From: Eledone cirrhosa | Lineage: Eukaryota | NCBI GenBank assembly: GCA_964016885.1 | Contig: CAXHJY010000928.1 | Span: 620,001 to 684,000, forward strand | Length of the DNA: 64,000 nt | Reading direction: 5' to 3' | In this document: positions 30,001-43,836 of the stretch, one piece after another | How the letters are laid out: every line of letters begins with the position of its first letter | Position numbering within the stretch: the first letter of the stretch is position 1 | Translations under genes and position numbers: made by a program | The notes under the pieces: generated by a model | Seen by the model: only the letters and a program-made list of their open reading frames with translations | What the model was told of the DNA's origin: nothing | The model's database searches: none

Positions 30001-33000
30001 TGTTATGAGAGACACAAGAGACAACACTTACTACGCTGTCATCATTGTGTTAGTGATGTTATGAGAGAGACATGAGACAACACTTACTACACTGTCATCA
30101 TTGTGTTGTGATGTTATGAGAGACACAAGAGACAACACTTACTACGCTGTCATCATTGTGTTAGTGATGTTATGAGAGAGACATGAGACTACACTTACTA
30201 CACTGTCATCATTGTGTTAGTGATGTTATGAGAGACACAAGAGACAGCACTTACTACGCTGTCATCATTGTGTTAGTGATGTTATGAGAGAGACATGAGA
30301 CTACACTGTCATCATTGTGTTAGTGATGTTATGAGAGACACAAGAGACTACACTTACTACACTGTCATCATTGTGTTAGTGATGTTATGAGAGACACAAG
30401 AGACAACACTTACTACGCTGTCATTGTGTTAGTGATGTTTTGAGAGAGACATGAGACAACACTTACTACACTGTCATCATTGTGTTAGCGATGTTATAAG
30501 AGAGACATGAGACAACACTTACTACACTGTCATCATTGTATTAGTGATGTTATGAGAGAGACAAGAGACAACACTTACTACACTGTCATCATTGTGTTAG
30601 TGTTGTTATGAGAGAGATGTTGAGACAGCACTTACTACACTGTCATCATTGTATTAGTGGTGTTATGAGAGAGACATGAGACAACACTTACTACACTGTC
30701 ATCATTGTGTTAGTGATGTTATGAGAGAGACATGAGTCAACACTTACTACACTGTCATCATTGTGTTAGTGATGTTATGAGAGACACAAGAGACAACACT
30801 TACTACACTGTCATCATTGTTAGTGATGTTATGAGAGACACAAGAGACAACACTTACTACACTGTCATCATTGTGTTAGTGATGTTATGAGAGAGACATG
30901 AGGCAACACTTACTACACTGTCATCATTGTATTAGTGATGTTATGAGAGAGACAAGAGACAACACTTACTACACTGTCATCATTGTATTAGTGGTGTTAT
31001 GAGAGAGATGTTGAGACAGCACTTACTACACTGTTAGCATTGTGTTAGTGATGTTATGAGAGAGACATGAGACAACACTTACTACACTGTCATCATTGTG
31101 TTAGTGATGTTATGAGAGAGACATGAGACAACACTTACTACACTGTCATCATTGTGTTAGTGATGTTATGAGAGAGACATGAGACAACACTTACTACACT
31201 GTCATCATTGTGTTAGTGATGTTATGAGAGAGACATGAGACAACACTTACTACACTGTCATCATTGTATTAGTGATGTTATGAGAGAGACAAGAGACAAG
31301 ACTTACTACACTGTCATCATTGTATTAGTGTTGTTATGAGAGAGATGTTGAGACAGCACTTACTACACTGTCATCATTGTATTAGTGGTGTTATGAGAGA
31401 GACATGAGACAACACTTATTATACTGTCATCATTGTGTTAGTGATGTTATGAGAGACACAAGAGACAACACTTACTACACTGTCATCAATGTTAGTGATG
31501 TTATGAGAGACACAAGAGACAACACTTACTACACTGTCATCATTGTGTTAGTGATGTTATGAGAGAGACATGAGACAACACTTACTACACTGTCATCATT
31601 GTGTTAGTGATGTTATGAGATAGACATGAGGCAACACTTACTACACTGTCATCATTGTATTAGTGATGTTATGAGAGAGACAAGAGACAACACTTACTAC
31701 ACTGTCATCATTGTATTAGTGGTGTTATGAGAGAGATGTTGAGACAGCACTTACTACACTGTTAGCATTGTGTTAGTGATGTTATGAGAGAGACATGAGA
31801 CAACACTTACTACACTGTCATCATTGTGTTAGTGATGTTATGAGAGAGACAAGAGACACCACTTACTACACTGTCATCATTGTTAGTGATGTTATGAGAG
31901 ACACAAGAGACAACACTTACTACACTGTCATCATTGTGTTAGTGATGTTATGAGAGAGACATGAGACAACACTTACTACACTGTCATCATTATGTTAGTG
32001 ATGTCATGAGAGAGACATGAGACAACACTTACTACACTGTCATCATTGTATTAGTGATGTTATGAGAGAGACAAGAGACACCACTTACTACACTGTCATC
32101 ATTGTTAGTGATGTTATGAGAGACACAAGAGACAACACTTACTACACTGTCATCATTGTGTTAGTGATGTTATGAGAGAGACATGAGACAACACTTACTA
32201 CACTGTCATCATTATGTTAGTGATGTCATGAGAGAGACATGAGACAACACTTACTACACTGTCATCATTGTATTAGTGGTGTTATGAGAGTGACATGAGA
32301 CAACACTTACTACACTGTCATCATTGTATTAGTGATGTTATGAGAGAGACATGAGACAGCACTTACTACACTGTCATCATTGTATTAGTGATGTTATGAG
32401 AGACACAAGAGACAACACTTACTACGCTGTCATCATTGTGTTAGTGATGTTATGAGAGAGACATGAGACTACACTTACTACTCTGTCATCATTGTGTTAG
32501 TGATGTTATGTGAGACACAAGAGACTACACTTACTACACTGTCATCATTGTATTAGTGATGTTATGAGAGACACAAGAGACAACACTTACTACACTGTCA
32601 TCATTATGTTAGTGATGTTATGAGAGAGACATGAGACAACACTTACTACATTGTCATCATTGTGTTAGTGATGTTATGAGAGACACAAGAGACAACACTT
32701 ACTACGCTGTCATCATTGTGTTAGTGATGTTATGAGAGAGACATGAGACTACACTTACTACACTGTCATCATTTTGTTAGTGATGTTATGAGAGAGACAT
32801 GAGACAACACTTACTACACTGTCATCATTGTGTTAGTGATGTTATGAGAGAGACATGAGACAACACTGACTACACTGTCATCATTGTGTTAGTGATGTTA
32901 TGAGAGACACAAGAGACAACACTTACTACACTGTCATCATTGTGTTAGTGATGTTATGAGAGAGACATGAGACAACACTTACTACACTGTCATCATTGTG

Positions 33001-35700
33001 TTAGTGATGTTATGAGAGACACAAGAGACAACACTTACTACACTGTCATCATTGTGTTAGTGATGTTATGAGAGGGACATGAGACAACACTTACTACACT
33101 GTCATCATTGTGTTAGTGATGTTATGAGAGACACAAGAGACAACACTTACTACGCTGTCATCATTGTGTTAGTGATGTTATGAGAGAGACATGAGACTAC
33201 ACTTACTACACTGTCATCATTGTGTTAGTGATGTTATGAGAGAGACATGAGACTACACTTACTACACTGTCATCATTGTTAGTGATGTTATGAGAGAGAC
33301 ATGAGACAACACTTACTACACTGTCATCATTGTGTTAGTGATGTTATGAGAGAGACAAGAGACTACACTTACTACACTGTCATCATTGTGTTAGTGGTGT
33401 TATGAGAGAGACATGAGACAACACTTACTACACTGTCATCATTGTGTTAGTGATGTTATGAGAGACACAAGAGACAACACTTACTACACTGTCATCATTG
33501 TGTTAGTGGTGTTATGAGAGAGACATGAGACAACACTTACTACACTGTCATCATTGTGTTAGTGATGTTATGAGAGAGACATGAGACAACACTTACTACA
33601 CTGTCATCATTGTGTTAGTGATGTTATGAGAGAGACATGAGACAACACTTACTACACTGTCATCATTGTATTAGTGGTGTTATGAGAGAGATGTTGAGAC
33701 AGCACTTACTACACTGTTAGCATTGTGTTAGTGATGTTATGAGAGAGACATGAGACAACACTTACTACACTGTCATCATTGTGTTAGTGATGTTATGAGA
33801 GAGACATGAGACAACACTTACTACACTGTCATCATTGTGTTAGTGATGTTATGAGAGAGACATGAGACAACACTTACTACACTGTCATCATTGTGTTAGT
33901 GATGTTATGAGAGACACAAGAGACAACACTTACTACACTGTCATCATTGTGTTAGTGATGTTTTGAGAGAGACATGAGACAACACTTACTACACTGTCAT
34001 CATTGTGTTAGCGATGTTATAAGAGAGACATTAGACAACACTTACTACACTGTCATCATTGTGTTAGTGATGTTATGAGAGAGACATGAGACAACACTTA
34101 CTACACTGTCATCATTGTGTTAGTGATGTTATGAGAGAGACATGAGACAACACTTACTACACTGTCATCATTGTATTAGTGATGTTATGAGAGAGACAAG
34201 AGACAACACTTACTACACTTTCATCATTGTGTTAGTGTTGTTATGAGAGAGATGTTGAGACAGCACTTACTACACTGTCATCATTGTATTAGTGGTGTTA
34301 TGAGAGAGACATGAGACAACACTTACTACACTGTCATCATTGTGTTAGTGATGTTATGAGAGAGACATGAGACAACACTTACTACGCTGTCATCATTGTA
34401 TTAGTGGTGTTATGAGAGAGACATGAGACAACACTTACTACACTGTCATCATTGTGTTAGTGATGTTATGAGAGAGACATGAGACAGCACTTACTACACT
34501 GTCATCATTGTGTTAGTGATGTTATGACAGACACAAGAGACAACACTTACTACGCTGTCATCATCGTGTTAGTGATGTTATGAGACAACACTTACTACAC
34601 TGTCATCATTGTGTTAGTGATGTTATGAGAGAGACATGAGACAACACTTACTACACTGTCATCATTGTGTTAGTGATGTTATGAGAGACACAAGAGACAA
34701 CACTTACTACACTGTCATCATTGTGTTAGTGATGTTTTGAGAGAGACATGAGACAACACTTACTACACTGTCATCATTGTGTTAGCGATGTTATAAGAGA
34801 GACATGAGACAACACTTACTACACTGTCATCATTGTGTTAGTGATGTTATGAGAGAGACATGAGACAACACTTACTACACTGTCATCATTGTGTTAGTGA
34901 TGTTATGAGAGAGACATGAGACAACACTTACTACACTGTCATCATTGTATTAGTGATGTTATGAGAGAGACAAGAGACAACACTTACTACACTGTCATCA
35001 TTGTATTAGTGTTGTTATGAGAGAGATGTTGAGACAGCACTTACTACACTGTTAGCATTGTGTTAGTGATGTTATGAGAGAGACATGAGACAACACTTAC
35101 TACACTGTCATCATTGTGTTAGTGATGTTATGAGAGAGACATGAGACAACACTTACTACGCTGTCATCATTGTATTAGTGGTGTTATGAGAGAGACATGA
35201 GACAACACTTACTACACTGTCATCATTGTGTTAGTGATGTTATGAGAGAGACATGAGACAGCACTTACTACACTGTCATCATTGTGTTAGTGATGTTATG
35301 AGAGACACAAGAGACAACACTTACTACGCTGTCATCATCGTGTTAGTGATGTTATGAGACAACACTTACTACACTGTCATCATTGTGTTAGTGATGTTAT
35401 GAGAGACACAAGAGACAACACTTACTACGCTGTCATCATTGTGTTATTGATGTTATGAGAGAGACATGAGACTACACTTACTACATTGTCATCATTGTGT
35501 TAGTGATGTTATGAGAGAGACATGAGACAACACTTAATACACTGTCATCATTGTGTTAGTGATGTTATGAGAGACACAAGAGACAACACTTACTACACTG
35601 TCAGCATTGTGTTAGTGATGTTTTGAGAGACATGAGACACTACACTGTCATCATTGTGTTAGCGATGTTATAAGAGAGACATGAGACAACACTTACTACA
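21100..35700. repeat. Large duplicated block pair (~21.1-29.0 kb vs ~30.0-35.7 kb) with internal indels
   Basis: Shared markers show stepwise offsets of 8889 (21219/30108), 8777 (22523/31300; 23514/32291), 8608 (23903/32511; 25421/34029) and 6667 (28870/35537). The ends are approximate. Confidence 0.8.
24805..28761. repeat. Tandem duplication, 1941-bp unit (35 monomers) x2
   Basis: CATTAGAC 25421/27362 and ATGACAGAC 25920/27861 are offset by 1941. The length fits 35x56 minus two 11-bp deletions plus three 1-bp-longer monomers. Confidence 0.88.
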
Positions 35701-38700
35701 CTGTCATCATTGTGTAGTGATGTTATGAGAGACACAAGAGACAACACCTACTACACTGTCATCATTGTGTTACTGATGTTATGAGAGAGACATGAGACAA
35801 CACTTACTACACTGTCATCATTGTGTTAGTGATGTTATGAGAGAGACATGAGACAACACTTACTACACTGTTATCATTGTGTTAGTGATGTTATGAGAGA
35901 GACATGAGACAACACTTACTACACTGTCATCATTGTGTTAGTGATGTTATGAGAGAGACAAGAGACAACGCTTACTACACTGTCATCATTGTTAGTGATG
36001 TTATGAGAGACATGAGACTACACTTACTACACTGTCATCATTGTGTTAGTGATATTATGAGAGACACAAGAGACAACACTTACTACGCTGTCATCATTGT
36101 GTTAGTGATGTTATGAGAGAGACATGAGACAACACTTACTACACTGTCATCATTGTATTAGTGATGTTATGAGATAGACAAGAGACAACACTTACTACAC
36201 TGTCATCATTGTGTTAGTGTTGTTATGAGAGAGATGTTGAGACAGCACTTACTACACTGTCATCATTGTATTAGTGGTGTTATGAGAGAGACATGAGACA
36301 ACACTTACTACACTGTCATCATTGTGTTAGTGATGTTATGAGAGACACAAGAGACAACACTTACTACACTGTCATCATTGTGTTAGTGATGTTATGAGAG
36401 AGACATGAGACAACACTTACTACACTGTCATCATTGTGTTAGTGATGTTATGAGAGAGACACGAGACAACACTTACTACACTGTCATCATTGTGTTAGTG
36501 ATGTTATGAGAGAGACATGAGACTACACTTACTACACTGTCATCATTGTGTTAGTGATGTTATGAGAGAGACATGAGACAACACTTACTACACTGTCATC
36601 ATTGTGTTAGTGATGTTATGAGAGAGACATGAGACAACACTTACTACACTGTCATCATTGTATTAGTGATGTTATGAGAGAGACAAGAGACAACACTTAC
36701 TACACTGTCATCATTGTGTTAGTGTTGTTATGAGAGAGATGTTGAGACAGCACTTACTACACTGTCATCATTGTGTTACTGATGTTATGAGAGACACAAG
36801 AGACAACACTTACTACACTGTCATCATTGTTAGTGATGTTATGAGAGACACAAGAGACAACACTTACTACACTGTCATCATTGTGTTAGTGATGTTATGA
36901 GAGAGACATGAGACAACACTTACTACACTGTCATCATTGTGTTAGTGATGTTATGAGAGAGACACGAGACAACACTTACTACACTGTCATCATTGTGTTA
37001 GTGATGTTATGAGAGAGACATGAGACTACACTTACTACACTGTCATCATTGTGTTAGTGATGTTATGAGAGAGACATGAGACAACACTTACTACACTGTC
37101 ATCATTGTATTAGTGATGTTATGAGAGAGACAAGAGACAACACTTACTACACTGTCATCATTGTGTTAGTGTTGTTATGAGAGAGATGTTGAGACAGCAC
37201 TTACTACACTGTCATCATTGTGTTACTGATGTTATGAGAGACACAAGAGACAACACTTACTACACTGTCATCATTGTTAGTGATGTTATGAGAGACACAA
37301 GAGACAACACTTACTACACTGTCATCATTGTGTTAGTGATGTTATGAGAGAGACATGAGACAACACTTACTACACTGTCGTCATTGTGTTACTGATGTTA
37401 TGAGAGACACAAGAGACAACACTTACTACACTGTCATCATTGTTAGTGATGTTATGAGAGACACAAGAGACAACACTTACTACACTGTCATCATTGTGTT
37501 AGTGATGTTATGAGAGACACAAACGACAATACTTACTACACTGTCATCATTGTGTTAGTGATGTTTTGAGAGACACAAGAGACAACACTTACTACACTGT
37601 CATCATTGTGTTAGTGATGTTATGAGAGAGACATGAGACAACACTTACTACACTGTCATCATTGTGTTAGTGATGTTATGAGAGAGACATGAGACAACAC
37701 TTACTACACTGTCATCATTGTATTAGTGATGTTATGAGAGAGACAAGAGACAACACTTACTACACTGTCATCATTGTGTTAGTGTTGTTATGAGAGAGAT
37801 GTTGAGACAGCACCTACTACACTGTGATCATTGTATTAGTGGTGTTATGAGAGAGACATGAGACAACACTTACTACACTGTCATCATTGTGTTAGTGATG
37901 TTATGAGAGAGACATGAGACAACACTTACTACACTGTCATCATTGTGTTACTGATGTTATGAGAGACACAAGAGACAACACTTACTACACTGTCATCATT
38001 GTTAGTGATGTTATGAGAAACACAAGAGACAACACTTACTACACTGTCATCATTGTGTTAGTGATGTTATGAGAAAGACATGAGACAACACTTACTACAC
38101 TGTCATCATTGTGTTTGTGATGTTATGAGAGAAACAAGAGACAACACTTACTACACTGTCATCATTTTTAGTGATGTTATGAGAGACACAAGAGACAACA
38201 CTTACTACACTGTCATCATTGTATTAGTGATGTTATGAGAGAGACAAGAGACAACACTTACTACACTGTCATCATTGTATTAGTGGTGTTATGAGAGAGA
38301 TGTTGAGACAGCACTTACTACACTGTCATCATTGTGTTAGTGATGTTATGAGAGAGACATGAGACAACACTTACTACGCTGTCATCATTGTATTAGTGGT
38401 GTTATGAGAGAGACATGAGACGACACTTGCTACACTGTCATCATTGTGTTAGTGATGTTATGAGAGACACAAGAGACAACACTTACTACACTGTCATCAT
38501 TGTATTAGTGATGTTATGAGACAACACTTACTACACTGTCATCATTGTGTTAGTGATGTTATGAGAGAGACATGAGACAACACTTACTACACTGTCATCA
38601 TTGTGTTAGTGATGTTATGAGAGACACAAGAGCCAACACTTACTACGCAGTCATCATTGTGTTATTGATGTTATGAGAGAGACATGAGACAACACTTACT

Positions 38701-38708
38701 ACACTGTT

Positions 38709-41700
38709 ATCATTGTGTTAGTGATGTTATGAGAGAGACATGAGACAACACTTACTACACTGTCATCATTGTGTTAGTGATGTTATGAGAGAGACATGAG
38801 ACAACACTTACTACACTGTCATCATTGTGTTAGTGATGTTATGAGAGAGACAAGAGACAACACTTACTACACTGTCATCATTGTTAGTGATGTTATGAGA
38901 CACATGAGACTACACTTACTACACTGTCATCATTGTGTTAGTGATTTGAGAGACACAAGAGACAACACTTACTACGCTGTCATCATTGTGTTAGTGATGT
39001 TATGAGAGAGACATGAGACAACACTTACTACACTGTCATCATTGTATTAGTGGTGTTATGAGAGAGACATGAGACAACACTTACTACACTGTCATCATTG
39101 TGTTAGTGATGTTATGAGATAGACATGAGACAACATTTACTACACTGTCATCATTGTATTAGTGATGTTATGAGAAAGACAAGAGACAACACTTACTACA
39201 CTGTCATCATTGTATTAGTGGTGTTATGAGAGAGATGTTGAGACCACTTACTACACTCAGCATTGTGTTAGTGATGTTATGAGAGAGACATGAGACAACA
39301 CTTACTACACTGTCATCATTGTGTTAGTGATGTTATGAGAGACACAAGAGACAACACTTACTACGCTGTCATCATTGTGTTATTGATGTTATGAGAGAGA
39401 CATGAGACTACACTTACTACATTGTCATCATCGTGTTAGTGATGTTATGAGAGAGACATGAGACAACACTTACTACACTGTCATCATTGTTAGTGATGTT
39501 ATGAGAGACACAAGAGACAACACTTACTACACTGTCATCATTGTGTTACTGATGTTATGAGAGACACAAGAGACAACACTTACTACACTGTCATCATTGT
39601 TAGTGATGTTATGAGAGACACAAGAGACAACACTTACTACACTGTCATCATTGTGTTAGTGATGTTATGAGAGAGACATGAGACAACACTTACTACACTG
39701 TCATCATTGTGTTAGTGATGTTATGAGAGAGACATGAGACAACACTTACTACACTGTCATCATTGTGTTAGTGATGTTATGAGAGACACAAGAGACAACA
39801 CTTACTACACTGTCATCATTGTGTTAGTGATGTTATGAGAGACACAAACGACAACACTTACTACACTGTCATCATTGTGTTAGTGATGTTTTGAGAGACA
39901 CAAGAGACAACACTTACTACACTGTCATCATTGTGTTAGTGATGTTATGAGAGAGACATGAGACAACACTTACTACACTGTCATCATTGTGTTAGTGTTG
40001 TTATGAGAGAGATGTTGAGACAGCACTTACTACACTGTCATCATTGTATTAGTGGTGTTATGAGAGAGACATGAGACAACACTTACTACACTGTCATCAC
40101 TGTGTTAGTGATGTTATGAGAGACACAAGAGACAACACTTACTACACTGTCATCATTGTTAGTGATGTTATGAGAGACACAAGAGACTACACTGTCATCA
40201 TTGTGTTAGTGATGTTATGAGAAAGACATGAGACAACACTTACTACACTGTCATCATTGTGTTAGTGATGTTATGAGAGACACAAACGACAACACTTACT
40301 ACACTGTCATCATTGTGTTAGTGATGTTATGAGAGAGACATGAGACAACACTTACTACACTGTCATCATTGTATTAGTAATGTTATGAGAGAGACAAGAG
40401 ACAACACTTACTACACTGTCATCATTGTGTTAGTGTTGTTATGAGAGAGATGTTGAGACAGCACTTACTACACTGTCATCATTGTATTAGTGGTGTTATG
40501 AGAGAGACATGAGACAACACTTACTACACTGTCATCATTGTGTTAGTGATGTTATGAGAGAGACATGAGACAACACTTACTACACTGTCATCATTGTGTT
40601 ACTGATGTTATGAGAGACACAAGAGACAACACTTACTACACTGTCATCATTGTTAGTGATGTTATGAGAGACACAAGAGACAACACTTACTACACTGTCA
40701 TCATTGTGTTAGTGATGTTATGAGAAAGACATGAGACAACACTTACTACACTGTCATCATTGTGTTTGTGATTTTATGAGAGAAACAAGAGACAACACTT
40801 ACTACACTGTCATCATTTTTAGTGATGTTATGAGAGACACAAGAGACAACACTTACTACATTGTCATCATTGTATTAGTGATGTTATGAGAGAGACAAGA
40901 GACAACACTTACTACACTGTCATCATTGTATTAGTGGTGTTATGAGAGAGATGTTGAGACAGCACTTACTACACTGTCATCATTGTGTTAGTGATGTTAT
41001 GAGAGAGACATGAGACAACACTTACTACGCTGTCATCATTGTATTAGTGGTGTTATGAGAGAGACATGAGACGACACTTGCTACACTGTCATCATTGTGT
41101 TAGTGATGTTATGAGAGAGACATGAGACAGCACTTACTACAATGCATTCATTGTGTTAGTGATGTTATGAGAGACACAAGAGACAACACTTACTACGCTG
41201 TCATCATTGTGTTAGTGATGTTATGAGAGAGACATGAGACAACACTTACTACACTGTCATCATTGTGTTAGTGATGTTATGAGAGAGACATGAGACAACA
41301 CTTACTACACTGTCATCATTGTGTTAGTGATGTTATGAGAGAGACAAGAGACAACACTTACTACACTGTCATCATTGTTAGTGATGTTATGAGACACATG
41401 AGACTACACTTACTACACTGTCATCATTGTGTTAGTGATTTGAGAGACACAAGAGACAACACTTACTACGCTGTCATCATTGTGTTAGTGATGTTATGAG
41501 AGAGACATGAGACAACACTTACTACACTGTCATCATTGTATTAGTGGTGTTATGAGAGAGACATGAGACAACACTTACTACACTGTCATCATTGTGTTAG
41601 TGATGTTATGAGATAGACATGAGACAACATTTACTACACTGTCATCATTGTATTAGTGATGTTATGAGAGAGACAAGAGACAACACTTACTACACTGTCA

Positions 41701-43836
41701 TCATTGTATTAGTGGTGTTATGAGAGAGATGTTGAGACCACTTACTACACTCAGCATTGTGTTAGTGATGTTATGAGAGAGACATGAGACAACACTTACT
41801 ACACTGTCATCATTGTGTTAGTGATGTTATGAGAGACACAAGAGACAACACTTACTACGCTGTCATCATTGTGTTATTGATGTTATGAGAGAGACATGAG
41901 ACTACACTTACTACATTGTCATCATCGTGTTAGTGATGTTATGAGAGAGACATGAGACAACACTTACTACACTGTCATCATTGTTAGTGATGTTATGAGA
42001 GACACAAGAGACAACACTTACTACACTGTCATCATTGTGTTACTGATGTTATGAGAGACACAAGAGACAACACTTACTACACTGTCATCATTGTTAGTGA
42101 TGTTATGAGAGACACAAGAGACAACACTTACTACACTGTCATCATTGTGTTAGTGATGTTATGAGAGAGACATGAGACAACACTTACTACACTGTCATCA
42201 TTGTGTTAGTGATGTTATGAGAGAGACATGAGACAACACTTACTACACTGTCATCATTGTGTTAGTGATGTTATGAGAGACACAAGAGACAACACTTACT
42301 ACACTGTCATCATTGTGTTAGTGATGTTATGAGAGACACAAACGACAACACTTACTACACTGTCATCATTGTGTTAGTGATGTTTTGAGAGACACAAGAG
42401 ACAACACTTACTACACTGTCATCATTGTGTTAGTGATGTTATGAGAGAGACATGAGACAACACTTACTACACTGTCATCATTGTGTTAGTGTTGTTATGA
42501 GAGAGATGTTGAGACAGCACTTACTACACTGTCATCATTGTATTAGTGGTGTTATGAGAGCGACATGAGACAACACTTACTACACTGTCATCATTGTGTT
42601 AGTGATGTTATGAGAGAGACATGAGACAACACTTACTACACTGTCATCATTGTGTTACTGATGTTATGAGAGACACAAGAGACAACACTTACTACACTGT
42701 CATCATTGTTAGTGATGTTATGAGAGACACAAGAGACTACACTGTCATCATTGTGTTAGTGATGTTATGAGAAAGACATGAGACAACACTTACTACACTG
42801 TCATCATTGTGTTAGTGATGTTATGAGAGACACAAACGACAACACTTACTACACTGTCATCATTGTGTTAGTGATGTTATGAGAGAGACATGAGACAACA
42901 CTTACTACACTGTCATCATTGTATTAGTAATGTTATGAGAGAGACAAGAGACAACACTTACTACACTGTCATCATTGTGTTAGTGTTGTTATGAGAGAGA
43001 TGTTGAGACAGCACTTACTACACTGTCATCATTGTATTAGTGGTGTTATGAGAGAGACATGAGACAACACTTACTACACTGTCATCATTGTGTTAGTGAT
43101 GTTATGAGAGAGACATGAGACAACACTTACTACACTGTCATCATTGTGTTACTGATGTTATGAGAGACACAAGAGACAACACTTACTACACTGTCATCAT
43201 TGTTAGTGATGTTATGAGAGACACAAGAGACAACACTTACTACACTGTCATCATTGTGTTAGTGATGTTATGAGAAAGACATGAGACAACACTTACTACA
43301 CTGTCATCATTGTGTTTGTGATGTTATGAGAGAAACAAGAGACAACACTTACTACACTGTCATCATTTTTAGTGATGTTATGAGAGACACAAGAGACAAC
43401 ACTTACTACATTGTCATCATTGTATTAGTGATGTTATGAGAGAGACAAGAGACAACACTTACTACACTGTCATCATTGTATTAGTGGTGTTATGAGAGAG
43501 ATGTTGAGACAGCACTTACTACACTGTCATCATTGTGTTAGTGATGTTATGAGAGAGACATGAGACAACACTTACTACGCTGTCATCATTGTATTAGTGG
43601 TGTTATGAGAGAGACATGAGACGACACTTGCTACACTGTCATCATTGTGTTAGTGATGTTATGAGAGAGACATGAGACAGCACTTACTACACTGCATTCA
43701 TTGTGTTAGTGATGTTATGAGAGACACAAGAGACAACACTTACTACGCTGTCATCATTGTGTTAGTGATGTTATGAGAGAGACATGAGACAACACTTACT
43801 ACACTGTCATCATTGTGTTAGTGATGTTATGAGAGA
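38709..43836. repeat. Tandem duplication, ~2.5-kb unit (offset 2494, then 2550 after one extra monomer)
   Basis: ORF-track starts 38796/41290 and CAACATTTAC 39136/41630 give 2494. TTAGTAATG 40379/42929 and the TGCATTCA monomer at 41141/43691 give 2550. Confidence 0.82.

Larger units (their letters stand above)
1..35700. repeat. Satellite sub-domain A (variant set A)
   Basis: Variants seen only here: TTAGCGATGTTATAAG (last at ~35663), GAGGCAACAC, CTGTTAGCATT, the 3-bp deletion CTGTCATTG, GACACCAC, GTTCTGAG, GTGATAGTG and GAGAGTGAC. The boundary is approximate. Confidence 0.8.
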
